The translations under genes were made by a program, and so were the position numbers. The notes beneath the pieces are model-generated. The model was not told the origin of the DNA. It did no database searches and saw only the letters and a program-made list of their open reading frames with translations. Below are positions 1 to 5,942 of a DNA stretch of 32,000 nucleotides, piece after piece; the stretch's first letter is position 1; each line of letters begins with the position of its first letter. Source of the DNA: Candidatus Omnitrophota bacterium (GTDB lineage Bacteria > Omnitrophota > Gorgyraeia > Zapsychrales > JANLHA01); assembly GCA_963662715.1 (NCBI GenBank), contig OY759724.1:2910001-2942000 (forward strand), given 5' to 3'.

Positions 1-410
1 GACACACAGTTTACTATGCCAGATACCATATTGTCATTTGTACAAGATATAGGCGAAAGATATTGCGATGGGGTTCGGCGGAGTATGTCAAAAGATGCGT
101 TTTGGGAGTGATGAGACGGTATCCTGAGATCATCATTGAAAAAGTAAATACAGATTTAGATCATATGCATCTTTTGGCATCAATTCCGCCGAAGATGGCT
201 GTAAGTCATGCAGTAAATCTGATTAAGAGTAACACAGCAAAGCTGATGAGGCGGCGATATAAGTTTTTAGACAAGATGTATGTGAAAAAGGCAGGGATAT
301 GGTCAGCAGGGTATTTTGTGTCAACGGTTGGAGCCGACGAAGAATCGATAAAGCGATACATCGAATATCAAGGCCGGGAAGACCGAGGACAAACGCAGAT
401 AGAATTTTAG
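1..410 (+). CDS. tnpA: IS200/IS605-family Y1 (HUH) transposase TnpA, 5'-partial (N-terminus outside the window)
   Basis: The frame is open from the window edge (codons from nt 3: HTVYYARYHIVICTRYRRKIL...). Hallmarks are the 'YHIV.C.RYRRK' block, the HUH motif 'HMH' in DLDHMHLLASIPP, and the catalytic-Tyr block 'WSAGYFVSTVG'. The start listed at 63 in the ORF track is internal. Confidence 0.9.
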   Translation, partial: HTVYYARYHIVICTRYRRKILRWGSAEYVKRCVLGVMRRYPEIIIEKVNTDLDHMHLLASIPPKMAVSHAVNLIKSNTAKLMRRRYKFLDKMYVKKAGIWSAGYFVSTVGADEESIKRYIEYQGREDRGQTQIEF

Positions 411-419
411 CTGCGTTTG
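390..419 (+). repeat. Perfect 9-bp inverted repeat (CAAACGCAG / CTGCGTTTG) with a 12-nt loop containing the tnpA stop codon
   Basis: Read directly: 390-398 is the reverse complement of 411-419, and TAG (408-410) lies in the loop. Likely an IS-end structure or attenuator. Confidence 0.7.
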
Positions 420-441
420 CACAGTCAAAATAGTTAAGAAA

Positions 442-461
442 CCACGGCCGTGAGGCCGTGG
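442..461 (+). repeat. Perfect 8-bp stem hairpin (CCACGGCC-GTGA-GGCCGTGG), candidate IS200 right-end recognition hairpin
   Basis: Read directly: a GC-rich stem with a GTGA tetraloop 32 nt downstream of the tnpA stop. No T-run follows, so it is not a classical terminator. Confidence 0.65.
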
Positions 462-520
462 AGTTTCATGGTTTGTCATCGGTTTTGGGGCATTCCATGC
501 TCGTAAAGGCATGAAATTTT

Positions 521-2041
521 ATGAAGATAGCCTTTGTTAATGATTGGAGTCAGCAGATCGCCCTGCAGTATATCTTTGCCGTTTTAAAGAAACACGGCTA
601 TGACGTGAAGCTTTTTACGGAACCCAACTTGTTTGACGATATATGGATTTCCATCCCTCCCCTGCATAAGATCCTGGATTTTCGCGAAGAAGTGGTCAGG
701 AAACTTAAATTATATAATCCGGATTTGATCGGGATATCGGCCACAACGCGTACTTATGACTGGGCCTGTTATGTTGCCGAATCCATTAAGAAACACATGG
801 ACGTGCCGATTATCGCCGGTGGCCTGCATCCCACGTTTGTCCCGGAAAGAGTCATCGAAAACCCCTGTTATGATATGCTCTGTGTCGGGGAGGGGGAGTA
901 TCCTCTGCTGGAGCTCGTGCATAGCATGGAAAAGGGAACTGTGGATTATTCCATAAAAAACATCTGGTTTAAAAAAGACGGAAAAGTTATAAAGAATGAT
1001 ATCCGGCCGCTTATTGAAGATATCGATTCCATCCCTAACCCGGACATGGATGTCTACCTGGACAGCTATTCCTATCATACAAATTCTTACGTTATGAGCA
1101 CCCTTCGCGGTTGTCCTTTTTCTTGCAGTTACTGTTGCACATCGTATTATCATCAGCTGTATAAACTCAAAGGCCCGAGATTCCGCGTGCGAAGTGTCGA
1201 GAACGTCATTAAGGAACTGCTGGAAGTCAAAAGATTAAATAAGCGAACGCGGAAAATCATGTTTAACGACACCTGCTTCGGTTTTAACATCAAGTGGTTA
1301 AAAGAGTTCTCGAAGGAATATGCCCAAAAAATCAACATAGGCTTTTTTTGTGTCATGCACCCGGCGAGCATTACGGAAGAATCCATCGGATATTTAAAAG
1401 CCGCCAGATGCAGATGCGTGTCTTTGGGCATGCAGTCCTGGGAGGAAGACGTGCGGGTGAATTTGTATAATAGGCGGGTCAGCAATGAAGTCATGGAAAG
1501 GGCTGTTCAGCTCATTAAAAAAGCAAAGATGGAAGTGCTGTTGGACAATATTTACGGCCATCCCGGCTCGGATCCGGAAAAGTATATCCAATCGCTCGAC
1601 TTTTATACGCGCTGCAAGCCCACACGCAATTATTTTTACCGGCTGCATCATTTCCCCAAGACGGTTTTAACGGAAAAAGCGTATGCGAACAAATGGCTGT
1701 CGCACGGCCAGTATGAAAATGCCTTAGACGGCAAAGACTTGGGCACATTAAGGTATGAACCGGCCCAGGATGGTTCCTGTGCTCCCCAGGAAAAGATATA
1801 CAAGCAGATGCAGCTGTTGTTTATCCTTATCGACCTTGTCCCGGCAAGAGTCACTTATTATATTATCAAAAAAAGATGGTACAGGTTTTTCCCGGCATTC
1901 TTAAACTCGGCTCTTCTGACCATATGCCGCACATTAATCTCTTTTGACTTGGAGTCCTGCTACTTCCGTTCTATCATGTTTACCAGGTATTTTTATTTTA
2001 TAAAAAGGAAAATTTTAAGCCATTTAAGACTGAAAAAATGA
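521..2041 (+). CDS. B12-binding domain-containing (class B) radical SAM protein, substrate unknown
   Basis: The N-terminal cobalamin-binding-domain pattern is present (MKIAF..., PDLIGIS, VPIIAGGLHPT). The radical SAM cluster motif CxxxCxxC occurs in 'RGCPFSCSYCC'. The C-terminal tail is basic and hydrophobic. An ATGA overlap (2038-2041) joins it to the downstream paralogue. Confidence 0.85.
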   Translation: MKIAFVNDWSQQIALQYIFAVLKKHGYDVKLFTEPNLFDDIWISIPPLHKILDFREEVVRKLKLYNPDLIGISATTRTYDWACYVAESIKKHMDVPIIAGGLHPTFVPERVIENPCYDMLCVGEGEYPLLELVHSMEKGTVDYSIKNIWFKKDGKVIKNDIRPLIEDIDSIPNPDMDVYLDSYSYHTNSYVMSTLRGCPFSCSYCCTSYYHQLYKLKGPRFRVRSVENVIKELLEVKRLNKRTRKIMFNDTCFGFNIKWLKEFSKEYAQKINIGFFCVMHPASITEESIGYLKAARCRCVSLGMQSWEEDVRVNLYNRRVSNEVMERAVQLIKKAKMEVLLDNIYGHPGSDPEKYIQSLDFYTRCKPTRNYFYRLHHFPKTVLTEKAYANKWLSHGQYENALDGKDLGTLRYEPAQDGSCAPQEKIYKQMQLLFILIDLVPARVTYYIIKKRWYRFFPAFLNSALLTICRTLISFDLESCYFRSIMFTRYFYFIKRKILSHLRLKK

Positions 2042-3552
2042 AAATAGCTTTTATATCCGGCTCTTGTCAGACTTTGGGAATACAGTATATCTCCGCTGTC
2101 CTGAAGGCCGGTGGCCATCAGACAAAACTGTTCATGGATCCCCAGCTTTTTAATGACAGTTTTTTGTCCATAAATTTTTTGAGCCGGATGTTTGACCAGA
2201 AAAAAGAAATCGTAGCGCAATTGAAGGCTTATGCCCCCGACCTGATCGCCATTTCCGTTATCACAGATTTTTATCAATGGGCTTCGGGCATGGCGCGTAT
2301 GATCAAGCAGGAGATGGATGTGCCGATCATCCTGGGCGGCATTCACCCGACTTCGGTTCCGGAAAGGGTCATGAAAAATCCTTTGGTTGACATGATTTGT
2401 CTGGGGGAAGGGGAATATGCCATGCTGGAACTTGTCAATAGCATGGCCAAAGGGTGTATCGATTGTTCGATCCCGAACATCTGGTTTAAAAAGGACGGGA
2501 AAATTATAAAGAATGATATCCGCCCTCTTATAGAGGATATTGATTCTCTGCCTTTGCCGGATAAAGACCTTTACTACGAAGACAGCCCCAAGTTTGTTAA
2601 AGCTTATCCTTATCTGATAGCAACGGACCGCGGCTGTCCCTGTTCTTGCAGCTATTGTTGCCATTCCTACCTGAAGCCCTTTTATAAAGGAAAAGGGAGA
2701 TATTTCCGCCAACGCAGTGTTGAAAATGTTATGCGAGAACTGAAAGCGAGCAAGGCGAAATATCATATGAAACATATCGAATTTGTTGATGATTCTTTCG
2801 GACATAATATTGAGTGGCTGAAGCAGTTTTCCTCGGAATATCACAAGCACATCGGGATAAAGTTTTTATGCAATATGAGTCCTATGGATATCAATGAACA
2901 GTCTATCGAATGCCTGAAATTGGCCAATTGCGCTGTCATCAGTATGGGACTTCAATCGTGGGACAAGTCTATCAGGGAAAGAGTTTTTAACAGAAAGATT
3001 CCTAACGAAGTTATGGAGAATGCTATTTCCCTGATTAAAAAGGCTAACATTGCTCTGTCTGTCGACAACATCGTCGGGCTGCCAGAACAAAAAGAGGATG
3101 ACCTTATAGATTCGATTAAATTCTATTCGAAAATACGGCCTAACCGGATCTATTTTTTTAAGCTGCAATACTATCCCAACACTCAAATCACAAAAAGGGC
3201 AAGAGAGACCGGGCTTTTTACGGATGAGGGGTATGATGACCTCCTGGAGGGGAAATGTTCGGATGTCTTTCGCATGAAGTCGCTCGTCGCCCGCAAAAGA
3301 AGGTTGAATAAAAACATGATCAGGATCAACACCCTGTTGTTCCTGATGGATTTTCTCCCCGGGGAAATGATAGACCGTATTATTGAAAAAAAGACCTATT
3401 TGTATTTCCCGACATTGTTTGACCCCTATTTTATTTTTATCATCAGAAGACTGCTGTCCGCGGACGCGGAAGCCGGATTATATAGGGAAAGCACTTTAAG
3501 CCGGTATCGATATTATATAAAAAGAAAATTTTTAAAATGGGTGGGTTTTTGA
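2038..3552 (+). CDS. B12-binding domain-containing (class B) radical SAM protein, paralogue of 521-2041
   Basis: Same architecture as the upstream gene (MKIAF..., PDLIAIS, VPIILGGIHPT, 'RGCPCSCSYCC'). It is collinear with the upstream protein along its whole length and identical at roughly half of positions by eye. The start overlaps the upstream stop. Confidence 0.85.
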   Translation: MKIAFISGSCQTLGIQYISAVLKAGGHQTKLFMDPQLFNDSFLSINFLSRMFDQKKEIVAQLKAYAPDLIAISVITDFYQWASGMARMIKQEMDVPIILGGIHPTSVPERVMKNPLVDMICLGEGEYAMLELVNSMAKGCIDCSIPNIWFKKDGKIIKNDIRPLIEDIDSLPLPDKDLYYEDSPKFVKAYPYLIATDRGCPCSCSYCCHSYLKPFYKGKGRYFRQRSVENVMRELKASKAKYHMKHIEFVDDSFGHNIEWLKQFSSEYHKHIGIKFLCNMSPMDINEQSIECLKLANCAVISMGLQSWDKSIRERVFNRKIPNEVMENAISLIKKANIALSVDNIVGLPEQKEDDLIDSIKFYSKIRPNRIYFFKLQYYPNTQITKRARETGLFTDEGYDDLLEGKCSDVFRMKSLVARKRRLNKNMIRINTLLFLMDFLPGEMIDRIIEKKTYLYFPTLFDPYFIFIIRRLLSADAEAGLYRESTLSRYRYYIKRKFLKWVGF

Positions 3553-3819
3553 GGGCATCCCGCCTCCGGCCAGCCAGGATAATGCTCAATGGCTCAATAA
3601 TCTTTTTCTCTTAAAAGTTCTCAGCCTTTGGGACGCAGTCGGAGGGAGGGGGTGCAGCATAAACGCCGTTTTTCTTAGTCAGATATTTTTTAATCTAGAA
3701 TGAGTTGTCAAGGATGTCTCCCCGGGAAGACTGTTTTTGTTCCGACGTTATTCATGCCTTCAAAAGGTCGCAAAAAATTTTAATCTTGTTTTGATTTAAA
3801 ACAATAAAAATAAAAAAGA

Positions 3820-3848
3820 TTGACATTCTAAAATTCCCCATGTAAGAT
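3820..3848 (+). promoter_or_regulatory. Sigma70-type promoter: -35 TTGACA (3820-3825), 17-nt spacer, -10 TAAGAT (3843-3848)
   Basis: Read directly. An AT-rich UP-like tract lies upstream (3795-3819). It sits about 30-60 nt before the first riboswitch aptamer. Confidence 0.6.
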
Positions 3849-3877
3849 TAATCCATTGTTTTATGTTTTTGTTCTTT

Positions 3878-4049
3878 GAGGTGTTATTCAGTACGATATA
3901 AAACCGAATAAAAAAGGGAAGTTCCGTGAGATTCGGAGGCTGTCCGGCAACGGTAATATTTACTTTTTAATTGTAAATGAGCCCGAACACTTTTTTGTTT
4001 TGGGAAGTACCTTCTGTGGAAAGGGAAGATAAAGAATCGGATACTATAG
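3878..4049 (+). promoter_or_regulatory. Cobalamin riboswitch-like aptamer, unit 1 of a tandem pair
   Basis: The core reads 'AAAAGGGAAGTTCCGTGAGATTCGGAGGCTGTCCGGCAACGGTAA' (about 3911-3956). A B12-box-like 'GAGCCCGAACAC' follows at 3979-3990. It resembles unit 2 and the cob-operon riboswitch in this window. It deviates somewhat from consensus (one C short in the CCCGC element), hence lower confidence. Confidence 0.65.
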
Positions 4050-4078
4050 CCGGCCTTTCTACAGGTCGGTTTTTTTTT
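4050..4078 (+). terminator. Intrinsic terminator (expression platform of riboswitch unit 1)
   Basis: A 7-bp stem CCGGCCT (4050-4056) / AGGTCGG (4063-4069) with one G-U pair and a 6-nt loop, followed by nine T (4070-4078). Confidence 0.75.
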
Positions 4079-4104
4079 GACATTGAATCATTTGCAACAT
4101 AAAT

Positions 4105-4264
4105 AAATCATTCAGCAGGGAATTCGGTGAGAGTCCGAAGCTGTACCCGCAACTGTAAGCTTCATCTCCTTTGAGGATATTTTAAGAGGAGTTGAAGTGA
4201 GCCAGAAAACGAAAACCTCCGGGAATAGAGGAGCTAAGCCTACCTTTGTGGAAAAGGCGTTGAA
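4105..4264 (+). promoter_or_regulatory. Cobalamin riboswitch aptamer, unit 2
   Basis: 'CAGGGAATTCGGTGAGAGTCCGAAGCTGTACCCGCAACTGTAAGC' (about 4116-4160) is a close match to the conserved cobalamin-riboswitch core (GGGAA..GGTGA.A.TCC..CTGT.CCCGCAACTGTAA). The B12 box 'GTGAGCCAGAAAAC' lies at about 4197-4210. Confidence 0.85.
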
Positions 4265-4296
4265 CCCAGCTTCTCTTTAGGAGACTGGGATTTTTT
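4265..4296 (+). terminator. Intrinsic terminator (expression platform of riboswitch unit 2)
   Basis: Stem CCCAG(CT)TCTC / GAGACTGGG (4265-4275 / 4281-4289) with a 2-nt bulge, followed by ATTTTTT. It lies 46 nt before the ATG at 4343. Confidence 0.7.
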
Positions 4297-4342
4297 ATTG
4301 AACAAACCCAAATAAATTATTTTAAGGAAAGGAGTTTTTGAA

Positions 4343-5881
4343 ATGCAGAAATTTTTAATCCCGCAGCAGTTTATTTGCATCATGGCCTTGGTCGGTTTGT
4401 TGATGCCTGGAAATGCTGTTGCCGAAAATAATTTCAGTGAATATGGTTCTAACCAGATTGGGAATATTGTTTTACCGGAAGTTGAAGCGGGATGGTTCGT
4501 TCACTTTGATGCCATAGGTGAAACAGACCAGATGATCGGGGCCTACCCGGCAAAAGGGAGGGTCCTGGCAGCCAACGGAACAAGCATTTACCTGCAAAAG
4601 AACTACGGGGCCGGAGCGCATTCAGGCGACTGGCAATGGAACGGACCTGATCAGGCTCACACCGGGAATCTTCCCGGAGGTAACGATAATTTTTTAGTTG
4701 TCGGGACTACCACTGAGACGATGGATCCCATTTTTATAAAAGTATCTCCTGACGGTAATACCGTTGCACTCGGCGTGAGCTGGACCTCGCAACTATTGTT
4801 AGTTTTTCCGATCAGCTTGTTAGACCCGGACAATCCGCCTGTGTTGGATACGCACCCGTCTGTTACCGCGTATACAATTAACTGCTATGAGGGTCAATGG
4901 GTGCCGGAAGAAGCCGGAACAGCAAACTACCGTTTAGCACTGAATGGCGGGTCTTGGCCCGGTCCTTTTGAAAGTGATGTCGCGGTGCTTGACGTTACAC
5001 AGCCCAACTCTGAAGATCTTCCCTACAATCCTGTGCCTGTTATCGGTTCTATAGGAGGAGCGAGTGCTGATATTGATTTTGATAATGACGGGAATATGAT
5101 CACAGGTTGCGGGTACGGAACAGATCCGGAAACCGGGCAAATTAAAATTTTTACCCGAACGGATTGGGAAACGGTATACGCATCCGGTGGATCAACCGCA
5201 CCGCTGGATTATGCTGCCGCAGGACACTTATTGGCAGAAAGCATTTTAAGCGCCGCGGCCATGGGTGTGGATAAAGACGATAATCTTCATGTCGGAGGCG
5301 GGGACTTTGTCGATGGCTCTGAAAATGGCTTCGCGGCCCTGGTTCACGCGGACGTTGTCGCTAGAGTATTAACCGGAGGGGATCCGGTTAATGAAGGACT
5401 TGCCAGTGAGTATAGACAGCTCCAACCGGATTATTATGGGGATGACTCAGCTACATCACCTATTGAATTCAATCTTTTGGGAGAAGGCTTGAATATCTGC
5501 TGGAATCCAACCGGTACCGGCACGCAGGGTTCCGGATCGGATTGGTGGCAGGTGGGAGTCAAACCGGTTATGACAACCTATTACGGTGTCGACGCTCCTG
5601 ATAGTGATGGTGATGATATCCCTGATACATCGGATAACGCTTACATGACCCCTAATCCTAATCAATGGGATGCGGACGAAGATTCGTTCGGCAATGCCTG
5701 CGACTGCGACCTGGATAACAATGGCTCTGTGGGATTCAATGATTACGATTTATTTGTCGCTCAGTTCGGCCAGCCGGGAGGCCCGGACCAGCCTGCTGAT
5801 TTCGACGAGTCAAGCACAGTGGGTTTTAATGACCTCGATGTATTAATTACCCGCTGGGGCCAGGAAGAGCCTTTTAAATAA
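4343..5881 (+). CDS. Secreted protein of unknown function. It has an N-terminal signal peptide, a central region with FG-GAP/propeller-like Ca-binding motifs, and a C-terminal thrombospondin type-3 repeat plus a two-segment dockerin-like module.
   Basis: RBS AGGAG lies 7 nt upstream. The signal peptide is 'ALVGLLMPGNAVA|EN'. The TSP3-like repeat is 'DSDGDDIPDTSDNAYMTPNPNQWDADEDSFGNACD'. Two EF-hand/dockerin segments are present, 'DLDNNGSVGFNDYDLFVAQFG' and 'DFDESSTVGFNDLDVLITRWG' (D-x-D-x-N/S-G/S-x-V-x-x-x-D plus helix), separated by a Pro/Gly linker. Confidence 0.8.
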   Translation: MQKFLIPQQFICIMALVGLLMPGNAVAENNFSEYGSNQIGNIVLPEVEAGWFVHFDAIGETDQMIGAYPAKGRVLAANGTSIYLQKNYGAGAHSGDWQWNGPDQAHTGNLPGGNDNFLVVGTTTETMDPIFIKVSPDGNTVALGVSWTSQLLLVFPISLLDPDNPPVLDTHPSVTAYTINCYEGQWVPEEAGTANYRLALNGGSWPGPFESDVAVLDVTQPNSEDLPYNPVPVIGSIGGASADIDFDNDGNMITGCGYGTDPETGQIKIFTRTDWETVYASGGSTAPLDYAAAGHLLAESILSAAAMGVDKDDNLHVGGGDFVDGSENGFAALVHADVVARVLTGGDPVNEGLASEYRQLQPDYYGDDSATSPIEFNLLGEGLNICWNPTGTGTQGSGSDWWQVGVKPVMTTYYGVDAPDSDGDDIPDTSDNAYMTPNPNQWDADEDSFGNACDCDLDNNGSVGFNDYDLFVAQFGQPGGPDQPADFDESSTVGFNDLDVLITRWGQEEPFK

Positions 5882-5942
5882 CACTTTTATTCACGAAGGA
5901 TGAACTGTCTAAATTATTTGTATTTTTAAGGAAGGAGAGGCA

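Larger units (their letters stand above)
1..470 (+). mobile_element. IS200/IS605-family insertion sequence (IS200 type, tnpA only). The left end lies outside the window and the right boundary is approximate.
   Basis: Contains a truncated Y1/HUH transposase gene. Two perfect hairpins sit at or just after its stop (390-398/411-419 and 442-449/454-461), as expected for the structured subterminal end of IS200/IS605 elements. The exact right end cannot be fixed without the left end or a second copy. Confidence 0.7.

Noticed and set aside
1993-2850. 285-aa ORF on the minus strand
   Set aside because: It is entirely antisense to the second radical SAM gene, whose + strand product has clear B12-domain and CxxxCxxC motifs. 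The minus-strand translation has no recognisable motif or RBS, so it is an antisense shadow ORF.
3716-3737. Imperfect palindrome GTCTCCCCGGGAAGAC followed by TGTTTTT, considered as the terminator of the radical SAM operon
   Set aside because: Only about 4-5 bp can pair once a viable loop is allowed, and there is an internal mismatch. That is too weak to call a terminator.
3700-3783. 27-codon ORF (MSCQGCLPGKTVFVPTLFMPSKGRKKF) downstream of the radical SAM pair, considered as a possible RiPP precursor
   Set aside because: It has no Shine-Dalgarno sequence upstream, lies about 150 nt from the radical SAM stop, and has no leader/core organisation. Neither radical SAM protein has a recognisable SPASM/RRE region. 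It cannot be supported from sequence alone.
4077-4105. Second promoter-like element (TTGACA, 17-nt spacer, TAAATA) between the two riboswitch units
   Set aside because: The -35 is perfect, but the -10 lacks the conserved final T and overlaps an AT-rich run where such matches arise by chance. It is kept only as an alternative reading in the tandem-riboswitch finding.
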